Positions 37,398-46,317 of a stretch of 64,000 bases of DNA are shown here, one piece after another. The stretch spans positions 14,428-78,427 of IMG/VR virus record IMGVR_UViG_3300013006_000027; one strand, 5' to 3'. Origin of the DNA: a virus. The translations under genes and the position numbers were made by a program. The notes under the pieces are model-generated. The model ran no database searches. It was given only the letters and a program-made list of their open reading frames with translations, and was not told where the DNA came from. How positions within the stretch are numbered: position 1 is the stretch's first letter; each line of letters begins with the position of its first letter.

Positions 37398-38078
37398 ATG
37401 AAATTAACTGACTTTGATAACAACAGCACCGCACAAAAAGCACTGAATGAAACTTATGCTATACCATTCAATGTTGAAAAAATGCCGTTGCAAACCGCTG
37501 CATCAATGCTTAAGAAGGTAAGAAAGCTTACCAATGAAGCCAAACAGTCAAAAGATTTTTACAAAAATCAGACGAATCCTTCTTACATGAAATTAGTTTT
37601 CATGGAACAGGCTCTGAATTCTCATTTATATAGCTTAAAGAATTCTCCTAAGCCAAGGATCGTAGTAGAGAATGAGGAAGTTGAAAAGTCACAGGTTATT
37701 CTAGCAGCACAAGACATGATTGATACAGTTCAAAAAATGTTAGAAGAAGTTAGTGATATGATGGTTAAAGAACTTCCTGCTCTAGTAAATAGTATTCAAT
37801 CTGAAATGGGTGTAAATGAAAGCACACAGTTTAATACGCAAGCAACGGAAGCACTAACATCGTTAAGTAGTTCAATTCAACAATCTAGAGCAACATTAAA
37901 TGATGCCTTAAATACACTTACTGGTCAGGGCAATGCGGATGCATTTGCTATGGATACCCCACCTGAAATGGGTCCACCTGAAGAGGAAGTTCAAGATATT
38001 AGTATAGATACTACGGAAGTTCCCGCTGAACAACCTGACCCACAGCCAGTTGGTGGTGCCGGCAGACTAAAGAGATAA
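37398..38078 (+). CDS. Putative prohead core/scaffold-like protein
   Basis: Late promoter; helical, acidic tail; LNE/VVE sites. Confidence 0.5.
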   Translation: MKLTDFDNNSTAQKALNETYAIPFNVEKMPLQTAASMLKKVRKLTNEAKQSKDFYKNQTNPSYMKLVFMEQALNSHLYSLKNSPKPRIVVENEEVEKSQVILAAQDMIDTVQKMLEEVSDMMVKELPALVNSIQSEMGVNESTQFNTQATEALTSLSSSIQQSRATLNDALNTLTGQGNADAFAMDTPPEMGPPEEEVQDISIDTTEVPAEQPDPQPVGGAGRLKR

Positions 38079-38081
38079 TTA

Positions 38082-38417
38082 ATGTTTCTGTCCGAAATTG
38101 CGGAACCCAGTCCAAAGATTACTAGATTAGTTACCGTTGTTGACCAGCTTAAAACTGATTTAGACAATGGTAAAATCAAATCTGAATGGACTGTGGATCA
38201 GCTATTGAATTACTTTAGAAAGTATGATATAATTATAGACAAAACTGATTTGTACAAAATGATTAAAAAACCTCCACTAAAAAATGTAATTTCAAATATT
38301 CAAGGTGAAAAAGTAGTGTTTAAAGGGCAAGCTGGTGAAACACCTGATATAGAATCTACTACTCCAGACGATCAAAAAAAGATAGTCGCTCAAATGGCTA
38401 AAAATACACTTAAATGA
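38082..38417 (+). CDS. Hypothetical protein (MFLSEIAE leader)
   Basis: ORF; capsid-targeting-like N-terminus. Confidence 0.65.
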   Translation: MFLSEIAEPSPKITRLVTVVDQLKTDLDNGKIKSEWTVDQLLNYFRKYDIIIDKTDLYKMIKKPPLKNVISNIQGEKVVFKGQAGETPDIESTTPDDQKKIVAQMAKNTLK

Positions 38418-38734
38418 TAACAGCTACTGAAATAGCCGCTACCAAAATAAAACAACAATTAGAACAAAGAGGTAAAGGGTTAGGAATTAAAATCGGAGTA
38501 AAAACGACCGGTTGTTCTGGTCTTGCCTATACCTTAGAATTTGTTGACCAGATAGATCAAACTTACGCTATATTTGAAATCAACGGAGCACATATATATG
38601 TAGATCCAAAACATGTTCCTTATTTGCAAGGATTAGAAATGGATTGGGTAAAAAAAGGACTAAATGAAGGTTTTGAATTTATTAACCCGCAGGAAAAAGA
38701 CCGTTGCGGTTGCGGCGAAAGTTTCAGAATATGA
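38414..38734 (+). CDS. iscA: A-type Fe-S cluster carrier IscA/HesB
   Basis: GVKTTGCSGLAY, EGFEFINP, CGCGESF. Confidence 0.95.
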   Translation: MITATEIAATKIKQQLEQRGKGLGIKIGVKTTGCSGLAYTLEFVDQIDQTYAIFEINGAHIYVDPKHVPYLQGLEMDWVKKGLNEGFEFINPQEKDRCGCGESFRI

Positions 38735-39414
38735 TAGTAGAAAAATTTAAATATACTGCCCTTGATAGGGCCACTGTAGATGGTAGTCGTAAGTATGCTA
38801 CTCCAGATGGTGAAAAACTCCCTAGTGTTACAACTATATTAGATGCAACTAAGACTGAAGAATCCAAACAGGCTTTGCAAAATTGGAGAAATAGAGTAGG
38901 GCATAAACAAGCTCAAGCTATTACTACTGAGGCTGCAAGTCGAGGTACTAGAATGCACAAATGGTTAGAAAACTATATAAAAACAGGTGCTACTGGAGAA
39001 CCAGGTAGTAATCCATATAGTTTACAAAGCCATCAAATGGCTCATAGTATCATTAGCCAAGGATTAGTAAAGTGTAACGAGTTTTGGGGCACAGAGGTTT
39101 CCTTATACTATCCAAAAATATATGCAGGTACTACTGACTTAGTGGGCCTACATGAAGGTAGCGAGGCTATTATGGATCATAAACAAACTAATAAGCCTAA
39201 AAAACGTGAATGGATTGATGATTATTTCATTCAATTAGCCGCTTATGCCGCAGCACATGACGAACTATATGGAACTAAAATCCGTAAAGGTGTTGTGTTT
39301 ATGTGTAGCCAAGACAATCAATACCAAGAATTCATTGTAGAAGGCAGTGAATTTGACAAATATTCTGATTTGTGGTTCAAGCGAGTAGAACAATATTATA
39401 TGAAGTTCATTTAA
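38731..39414 (+). CDS. PD-(D/E)xK exonuclease (Cas4/MGME1-like)
   Basis: PSVTTIL, RGTRMH, AGTTDL, DHKQT, QLAAYA. Confidence 0.85.
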   Translation: MIVEKFKYTALDRATVDGSRKYATPDGEKLPSVTTILDATKTEESKQALQNWRNRVGHKQAQAITTEAASRGTRMHKWLENYIKTGATGEPGSNPYSLQSHQMAHSIISQGLVKCNEFWGTEVSLYYPKIYAGTTDLVGLHEGSEAIMDHKQTNKPKKREWIDDYFIQLAAYAAAHDELYGTKIRKGVVFMCSQDNQYQEFIVEGSEFDKYSDLWFKRVEQYYMKFI

Positions 39415-39467
39415 CTGTCATCAAGGTATTAAGATAAATAATTGTGATACATTAACTAATCACAATT

Positions 39468-41930
39468 ATGGCCATAATACAAATCTCAAAAATACAGCAG
39501 CGTTCAGGTAATATCGTTGATTTACCTCAACTTGACGAAGCAGAATTTGGTTTTGCATCTGATGTAAAAAAACTTTATATAGGTAAAGAATCACCCACTG
39601 AAAACATAGAGATACTTACATCTTATTCAAATATCAGCTTTAGTCAAATTGAAGGAGCATGCCAAAGTAATTTAAATATTGACTGTGCTAATGTAGCTAA
39701 CGGACAAGTATTGACCTTTACTGGAACTGAATGGACTAATCGTGGTGGAAATCTAGGTGGTTTAATAACATTGGGCAATGCCGCTGATGTTAAACTTACA
39801 GGTGGTCAAGAAAACTATTCACTGATAACAGATGGAACCGGTAATTTATCTTGGGCACCTACTACTGCAATTATTGCTACTATTCAAAACGTTACTCAAT
39901 CAAATCCGGCTGTTGTTACTACCGCAGATAATAATTTTTTTACTAGTGGAGCTCAAATAACGATCACTAACGTAACAGGGATGACTGAGTTAAATGGTAA
40001 TACTTATTATGCAAATGTTTTAACAGCAAATACACTTGCATTGTATGCTGATAGATATTTAACTTCCGGTATTAATTCAACAAGCTATGGTAAATTTCCA
40101 TTCGCTAATGTAACTGCTACAACAGCAGGCACTAATTACATAACAGTAGCTAATTCAGTACCATTTACAATTAATGCTCCTGTAGTATTCACAGGAAATA
40201 CATTTGGTAATATAACTGCAAATATAATTTATTATGTTCAAGCAGTTCCAACTCCAACTGCAATGGTTATTACTACCGCAATAGGAGGTACTCCAGTACC
40301 ACTTACTACTGCTTCAGGCTCGTGTGGTGTTTATGTAACAGGTGGAAGAATTATTTCTTCTGTCAGCGGAGGTGCCAGTAACGGAGCAGCCGGTGGATCA
40401 AACACTACAGTTCAATATAACCTTACTGGACAATTAGATGGTAATTTAAATTTTACATATGATTACCTTACTAGTAATTTAACATTAACTGGAAATGCAA
40501 ATGTTAGTAATTTATTAGTTACAGGTAATGCTCAAATTGATGGGGATTTAGTAGTTAATGGTAATACAACATCAATTAACGTTACTACATTAAATGTTGA
40601 AGATCCTATTATATCATTGGGTAGAGGACCTAATAATACACCACTAACAGGAAATGACGGAAAAGATCGTGGTGAACAACTTTGGTATTACACAACTTCA
40701 GAAAAAGCTGCTTTTATTGGATTTCAAAACAGTACTGGAAACTTTTTAGCGGCTACTGATGTAACAATTACGAATGAAATAGTTTCTGTAAATAGTTATG
40801 GTAATTTTATACTTGGAAATGTGTATGGTATTAATTTTGTTGCATCAGCTAATGCAGCAATTAACGGAGGTTCCATAACTTCTACCTCGGCAAACTTTAA
40901 TTTATTACCTACATCTACTACAGTTAATATTGCTGCTAGCGGAACAGCGGTTAATATTGGAGCTAGTATAGGCGTTACTAACGTTCTCAATAACTTAGAT
41001 GTTAATGGCAATGTTAACATTGATGGTGGTAATTTAACAGTAAGTACAAGTACATTTAATCTAGCCAACGCTAATGCCACAACAATTAATTTTGGTGGTG
41101 ATGCATCTAATATTAATATTGGTAATACCAATGCAGGTAATACTACAATTAAAAATAATTTAGTAGTCAATGGTAATACTACTGTATTAGGATACTTGGC
41201 TCCTAGTACAGGTAATTCTAGCACAACTGGTATAATATTTCCCGCTGATCCCGGCGGTGGTACAGGAGACATAGCTAAGATTCAATATTATGCAGTGACA
41301 GGTGAGCAAACTGAGTTACTGATTTCTGTTGGTAATGAATCTACCGATAATATTACACTTACTGCTTCTGGTATAGTTAACATAACTAATTCTATGTATG
41401 TCGGTGGTAATGCTAATGTCGCAGGTAATACTAATATCACAGGTAATGCTAACGTTGGTAACCTTATTACTACTGTAATAACAACAGGCGCTAGTGGAAC
41501 AGCAGGGACAATAACAGGTAATTGGACATTAACTTCGGGATCTAGATTAGAAGCTACTTATGCTGACTTAGCTGAGTATTATGTCGCTGATTTTGATTAT
41601 GAACCAGGCACAGTATTAGAATTTGGTGGAGAATTTGAAGTAACTATAGCTGAAGACAGCACACCGCGCGTAGCAGGTGTAGTTAGTACAGATCCTGCTT
41701 ATGTAATGAATTCTTCGTGTGAAGGTGAACACATTGTAGCATTGGCTCTCCAAGGACGCGTTCCTACAAAAGTCCGCGGCGCTATTAAGAAAGGAGATAT
41801 GCTTATTAGTGGTGGTGAAGGTTATGCAAAACCTAGTCCTACACCTATCATAGGGACAGTGATAGGTAAAGCATTAGAAAACTTTGACGGAATCGAAGGC
41901 GTCATTGAAGTCGCAGTCGGAAGATTATAA
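39468..41930 (+). CDS. Tail fibre/spike-like protein with C-terminal chaperone-like domain
   Basis: Mtd-N-like start (IQQRSG..LPQL..AEFG...LYIG), Asn/Gly/Thr repeats, YADLAEYY...GVVST.PAY.MN...GRVP.KV. Confidence 0.75.
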   Translation: MAIIQISKIQQRSGNIVDLPQLDEAEFGFASDVKKLYIGKESPTENIEILTSYSNISFSQIEGACQSNLNIDCANVANGQVLTFTGTEWTNRGGNLGGLITLGNAADVKLTGGQENYSLITDGTGNLSWAPTTAIIATIQNVTQSNPAVVTTADNNFFTSGAQITITNVTGMTELNGNTYYANVLTANTLALYADRYLTSGINSTSYGKFPFANVTATTAGTNYITVANSVPFTINAPVVFTGNTFGNITANIIYYVQAVPTPTAMVITTAIGGTPVPLTTASGSCGVYVTGGRIISSVSGGASNGAAGGSNTTVQYNLTGQLDGNLNFTYDYLTSNLTLTGNANVSNLLVTGNAQIDGDLVVNGNTTSINVTTLNVEDPIISLGRGPNNTPLTGNDGKDRGEQLWYYTTSEKAAFIGFQNSTGNFLAATDVTITNEIVSVNSYGNFILGNVYGINFVASANAAINGGSITSTSANFNLLPTSTTVNIAASGTAVNIGASIGVTNVLNNLDVNGNVNIDGGNLTVSTSTFNLANANATTINFGGDASNINIGNTNAGNTTIKNNLVVNGNTTVLGYLAPSTGNSSTTGIIFPADPGGGTGDIAKIQYYAVTGEQTELLISVGNESTDNITLTASGIVNITNSMYVGGNANVAGNTNITGNANVGNLITTVITTGASGTAGTITGNWTLTSGSRLEATYADLAEYYVADFDYEPGTVLEFGGEFEVTIAEDSTPRVAGVVSTDPAYVMNSSCEGEHIVALALQGRVPTKVRGAIKKGDMLISGGEGYAKPSPTPIIGTVIGKALENFDGIEGVIEVAVGRL

Positions 41931-41943
41931 TAGGAAAAACAAA

Positions 41944-42462
41944 ATGGCATCATATGTATATACGGGAAATTTAGTATCACAACAATCAGCTAACATTGCT
42001 ACTGACAAGATTAGAATATCAACTACTGGCACTGGTATTCATGCTGTTACCGGTTATCCTAGAGTAGCTGGTACTGGTACAGCAACGGCAGCAACTAACA
42101 GTGTAACAGTTACTGGAGTTGGAACAGCATTTAACACTCAACTTGAAGTTGGTGCTTGGATAGGTAATACAACCGGAACAACAGTTGGAATAGTGTCAAG
42201 TATTGCAAACGCTACTAGCTTAACATTAACTGCTAATGCAGGAGTAGCACTGTCAAATGTTGCATACACTTTCAATAATGCAGGAGTTCCCTACGCAATC
42301 GCCACACAACAGTCACAAATTTTCCCACACCAATCCCAGTTTAATACTGTTTATTGTGGTCAAGGTAATGTAGTAGCATTTCTTACAACAGGTGGCGGTG
42401 CAGGAACTGAATTCAGTATTACTGAATTAGGTATGCCTCACGCGGTTACCGGTACAGAATAA
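41944..42462 (+). CDS. Virion structural protein
   Basis: AGGA RBS; TVTGVGTAFNTQLEVG repeat motif. Confidence 0.65.
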   Translation: MASYVYTGNLVSQQSANIATDKIRISTTGTGIHAVTGYPRVAGTGTATAATNSVTVTGVGTAFNTQLEVGAWIGNTTGTTVGIVSSIANATSLTLTANAGVALSNVAYTFNNAGVPYAIATQQSQIFPHQSQFNTVYCGQGNVVAFLTTGGGAGTEFSITELGMPHAVTGTE

Positions 42463-42669
42463 TTATTCTTTTACTCGCCATCCTTTTACCATACGGTGTC
42501 TCTCGTGGATCATATTAGATATGTGTCCACTCGGGAGATTATATTTTTCTATTAATTTAGTCCTAGTACAGTTCTCAATAAGACCGGTAATATGATAAAA
42601 TTCATAGATTGTAGGGTCAGATAAGTTAACTCTCACTTTTTCTCTTGTAAATTTATGCATGTTGTTCAT
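42463..42669 (-). pseudogene. Homing-endonuclease C-terminal DNA-binding remnant
   Basis: DPTIYEFYH..G...CTR..L..KYNL.SGHIS....RHRMVKGWR; resembles the tail of the 35686-35832 remnant; no nuclease domain. Confidence 0.6.
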
Positions 42670-42682
42670 TTTTTGGTAAAAT

Positions 42683-42768
42683 GATAAATATATTTACATA
42701 GCACAATACGGTGCTTCGTAATGATAACTCATTAACGGCGGTTAGAACCCGCAACCCATATTAGGAGA
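42683..42768 (+). promoter_or_regulatory. Late promoter + three-hairpin 5' leader
   Basis: GATAAATA; AGCAC/GTGCT, AATGA/TCATT and GCGG/CCGC stems; AGGAG RBS. Confidence 0.55.
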
Positions 42769-42774
42769 AATCAA

Positions 42775-44211
42775 ATGGGACGCCCTTTAAAAATCGCAAA
42801 GGCTCAAACAGTCTTAACAATTACTGACACAGCAACAGCAGGTAGTGTCGTTACAATATCAGGTGGAAATTTAACAACTTCACCCACAGTCGGTGTAACA
42901 TCTGGTATGTCATTTGTACCTGCATCAAGTATCAGTGGTTTAGTAGCTAACACAATATATTATGTTGATACTATTTTATCAAATACCACATTCAGCGTTT
43001 CAACAACTCAACTAAGTGTTCAACCACGTGTAATGGCTACATTAACTAATTCAACAGGTGGCACGGTTAGCGCATCATTTAATGTGGTTGATGCTTACTT
43101 CAACAATCCATTAGGTGGCACTGGTTTTCCGACAACAAACAGTAATACATATTCTGTAGTTGGTGGTAATACAGCTATTATTGGACCACAAGTACTAGCA
43201 CAAGTTGCTATCGGTATCAATGGCACCGGTACTCTATATTCTACTAGTGGTAACGCAACCGTATTTGGTGTTGGTACTGATCTTGCTAACACATTATCTG
43301 TAGGTTCTGCAATTCAAGTAGGAGTTGCCAACATCAATGGTTCTACTGATTATGTTAATTTAGGATTTGCTGCTACACTTTCGGGATATGCAAATATTGA
43401 AATTTCCAATGCTACTGCTACAGGTAATTTCTTAACAACAGTTGGCAATGCTCAAACATTGTTCGCAAGTAAACCAGTTGTATTGACAGCTAACATCGGT
43501 GGTTTGGCAGCTGGCACAACATACTTTGTTAATACAATTTCCAACGCGGCCGCATTCAGCGTATCTTCCTATGTAGGTGGTGCTAACGTTCCATTAACGA
43601 ATCAAAATGCCACTTCTTATGCTGTACAAGATCGTGTGATATTATCAACTACTGCTGCCACTTCTTATGCAAATGTACCATTCGTTTATGCAAATGATGA
43701 AGCTGGTTACATTGTACGTCAAAAAGGTAAGCAAAAGTACTTAGTAAAAGGCGGAACAACTGGTTTAACAGCACAATGTTTAACAGCAAACGTTGCAAAT
43801 ACAGCATTGACACCAAATTCTATGCGTATTCTTGCTACATATGCTAACTCAACCACTCAAACAGTTCAGTATCTTTCTGATCACAATGCAGGATTGTTTA
43901 CTGCTAGTTCTAGTCCTATTGCAACAGCTAATATTGTATCTGCCGGACAACCAACTGGTAACTTGGGATATATCAACACAGCTCCAGTAATTGCAACATT
44001 CAATAGTGCGGTAACTACCGTAACTGCTGGATCGTTTGTTGTCGGAGTAGCTTATGTTATTGTATCACTTGGTGATACTGACTGGGCGGCAGTAGGTGCA
44101 AATAATGCATCTGTAGGAGCAATCTTCACTGCAACCGGTGTTGGCTCTGGTACAGGTACGGTGTCTATCGCCGGTGCAATTGGTCCAATCGTAACCATAG
44201 CTAACGCATAA
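42775..44211 (+). CDS. Virion structural protein (MGRPLK...)
   Basis: Thr/Gly/Ala/Asn-rich beta modules; YIVRQKG..KYLV. Confidence 0.7.
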   Translation: MGRPLKIAKAQTVLTITDTATAGSVVTISGGNLTTSPTVGVTSGMSFVPASSISGLVANTIYYVDTILSNTTFSVSTTQLSVQPRVMATLTNSTGGTVSASFNVVDAYFNNPLGGTGFPTTNSNTYSVVGGNTAIIGPQVLAQVAIGINGTGTLYSTSGNATVFGVGTDLANTLSVGSAIQVGVANINGSTDYVNLGFAATLSGYANIEISNATATGNFLTTVGNAQTLFASKPVVLTANIGGLAAGTTYFVNTISNAAAFSVSSYVGGANVPLTNQNATSYAVQDRVILSTTAATSYANVPFVYANDEAGYIVRQKGKQKYLVKGGTTGLTAQCLTANVANTALTPNSMRILATYANSTTQTVQYLSDHNAGLFTASSSPIATANIVSAGQPTGNLGYINTAPVIATFNSAVTTVTAGSFVVGVAYVIVSLGDTDWAAVGANNASVGAIFTATGVGSGTGTVSIAGAIGPIVTIANA

Positions 44212-44522
44212 TGGCTATTATAAAAATGACTAAAGCGCAGCAAGTTGAGACTGAAATCGCTGTGCTTCAAGTTCAAGTTAATAACATTGAAACAAAAATC
44301 AATGACATTAAGGAGAGCTTGAAGGAAGTGCATGATTGCGTTCATTTAAACGCTGAGGAAACTCAGCGTTTAATTAAAGAATTGCAAGAGTCTAACGAGA
44401 AGTCTCATAAAACATTATCTGAAAAGGTCACTGCTTTAGAGAAATGGAGATGGATGTTAATGGGCGCCGGCGTTGTTATTGGATCTATTGGATTCGATTC
44501 TTTAGCAAAATTGCTGAAATAA
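44211..44522 (+). CDS. Coiled-coil protein with C-terminal TM segment (XhlA/holin-like)
   Basis: Heptad repeat then KWRWMLMGAGVVIG. Confidence 0.55.
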   Translation: MAIIKMTKAQQVETEIAVLQVQVNNIETKINDIKESLKEVHDCVHLNAEETQRLIKELQESNEKSHKTLSEKVTALEKWRWMLMGAGVVIGSIGFDSLAKLLK

Positions 44523-44548
44523 AAAAGAGAGACTTAGGTCTCTCTTTT
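44523..44548. terminator. Bidirectional terminator between convergent genes
   Basis: AAAAGAGAGAC-ttag-GTCTCTCTTTT. Confidence 0.8.
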
Positions 44549-44947
44549 CGTAAGTGCATATAATTTTGATTGTACAATATCAAAATTAACCGTACTAAAT
44601 AATCCAGGATGTAATGGTTTAGGATATTGATTTCCTCCGACCCAAGCATATCCACAATGTTCTTCGTTTAGTATAGGAATAAATTCTTCTGTTACTGAAC
44701 AAAAAAATGTGTGATAAGTAAAGGCTTTGTTTACGAATTTTTGTATTGGAATCAGTTTAATGTTTTCAGGAAAGTAGTTAATCTCTTCTAAACATTCACG
44801 TTCTAAACCTTCTAATAGAGTCTCACTTTCTTCAATTTTGCCACCGGGTATACCCCAGTTACCTAAATTTTTAGGATCTGTTCTAAGAAGATAAAAGAAT
44901 CTGTCAGTACTTGAACAATAGAAAAATACACCTGCTGATTGGTTCAT
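44534..44947 (-). CDS. NUDIX hydrolase
   Basis: WGIPGGKIEESETLLEGLERECLEE Nudix box. Confidence 0.9.
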   Translation of the reverse strand: MNQSAGVFFYCSSTDRFFYLLRTDPKNLGNWGIPGGKIEESETLLEGLERECLEEINYFPENIKLIPIQKFVNKAFTYHTFFCSVTEEFIPILNEEHCGYAWVGGNQYPKPLHPGLFSTVNFDIVQSKLYALTKRET

Positions 44948-46314
44948 ATTACTATAGAATAGTCACCTTGATCATACCATCCATCTACTGATTTCATCCA
45001 AGCTCCATTAATGTATCTATACTGAATATTTGTTGTAAGATTTGTAACGTATTCTACTGTAGTAGAAGTATTACTATCAAAAGATACATACCATTGACCT
45101 AAACTAGAACTATATTCAATAATGTCATTAGCCGCTGCTACTAAATTTCCCCAAGCTACTGTACTACTACCCGGTGCACCAATATCTTCGACAATTAAAT
45201 ACCTAACACCATTAATAGGACCTGGTAAGCCTGCATTTGGTCCTGAAGTAAGAGGGTTAACTACACTATAAACAGGATCTAACGTATTTTGCGGAAGTGT
45301 GTCTGGATCGATATTATAAATTAGTAACCTATCATCAAGTGGATCAGGTACAATAGTACCAACTATGTCAGTTGACATATATGGATTTTGTAACCATATT
45401 TGTGATATGCCAGGTCTTACCGTACCGTAGACATTTAATAAACTTGACCAATACAATGAAGTATTTGGATTTGTTGGATTGTCTAAATCACTATTAGGAG
45501 GATTAAATGGTTGATTAGCAGGTAGTATTTGTAATGTATTGTTTATTAATAGAACTTTGTAACCATATGGCGTAATTTTTTGTCTGGTCCCTAATAAGAA
45601 CTCGTCATTTTGCATATCTTCTAATGCAGCGCCCGTATAAATTGAAGCAATGATCTTATGTATAACACCCATTTTCTTCAACTTAGCAGGCGGAGTTAGC
45701 CACACCGGCATGTAAAATTTCCAAGTCATTACATCTATTGGATTATTAGTTCCTTGTGGAATTGATCTACTAGAGAAAGTTAATCCATCTTGAAATACTG
45801 CACTCAACGATGTCCAATCAATATAATTGTCTGTACTTTGAATCTCTAGTGCTGGATTAAACAGTGTACCCAATTGTTCTAACAATTCTAATTTTTGATT
45901 GTAATTAGTAGTCCAAAAATCTACATTAATTCGTAATGTATATGGAACTGGCATTATTCTTTCAACTGTAAATGCTTGCCCTTGAGTAGAATCATAACTT
46001 TGAGTTTCTGAATTATATGCTCTTTGTCTTACGTTTATTTTATCAACAAATGTAGGATCTTGAGTCCATCTTTGATTATATTCCAATCCAGATATATAGT
46101 ATGTTATTAATGGTGCAGATGGTAAATTACTTGCACTATTATCAGCAATGATAGTAGCGGCTTGTCTACTGCTATCACCATACATAATAGGGACTCTAAC
46201 TAGTATAGGATTTCCTGAAGGATCTTTCCCCTTAGTAACATACCATGAACTGAAAATTTTTGCAAATTGAATTAAAAATCTTCGTATTTGCTGATCGTAG
46301 AAAAATTGTGCCAT
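44944..46314 (-). CDS. Tail terminator/sheath stabiliser (gp15-like)
   Basis: FFYD.QIRRF..QF, VPIMYG, PVPY.L...VD, ELLEQ...LFNP. Confidence 0.8.
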   Translation of the reverse strand: MAQFFYDQQIRRFLIQFAKIFSSWYVTKGKDPSGNPILVRVPIMYGDSSRQAATIIADNSASNLPSAPLITYYISGLEYNQRWTQDPTFVDKINVRQRAYNSETQSYDSTQGQAFTVERIMPVPYTLRINVDFWTTNYNQKLELLEQLGTLFNPALEIQSTDNYIDWTSLSAVFQDGLTFSSRSIPQGTNNPIDVMTWKFYMPVWLTPPAKLKKMGVIHKIIASIYTGAALEDMQNDEFLLGTRQKITPYGYKVLLINNTLQILPANQPFNPPNSDLDNPTNPNTSLYWSSLLNVYGTVRPGISQIWLQNPYMSTDIVGTIVPDPLDDRLLIYNIDPDTLPQNTLDPVYSVVNPLTSGPNAGLPGPINGVRYLIVEDIGAPGSSTVAWGNLVAAANDIIEYSSSLGQWYVSFDSNTSTTVEYVTNLTTNIQYRYINGAWMKSVDGWYDQGDYSIVI

Positions 46315-46317
46315 GTA

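Noticed and set aside
38731-39414. Cas4 as part of a CRISPR system
   Set aside because: Lacks the four-Cys Fe-S motif and any cas or array context; a common stand-alone phage exonuclease
39468-41930. Diversity-generating retroelement target (Mtd-like N-terminus)
   Set aside because: No reverse transcriptase and no adenine-mismatched TR/VR pair was seen in the window
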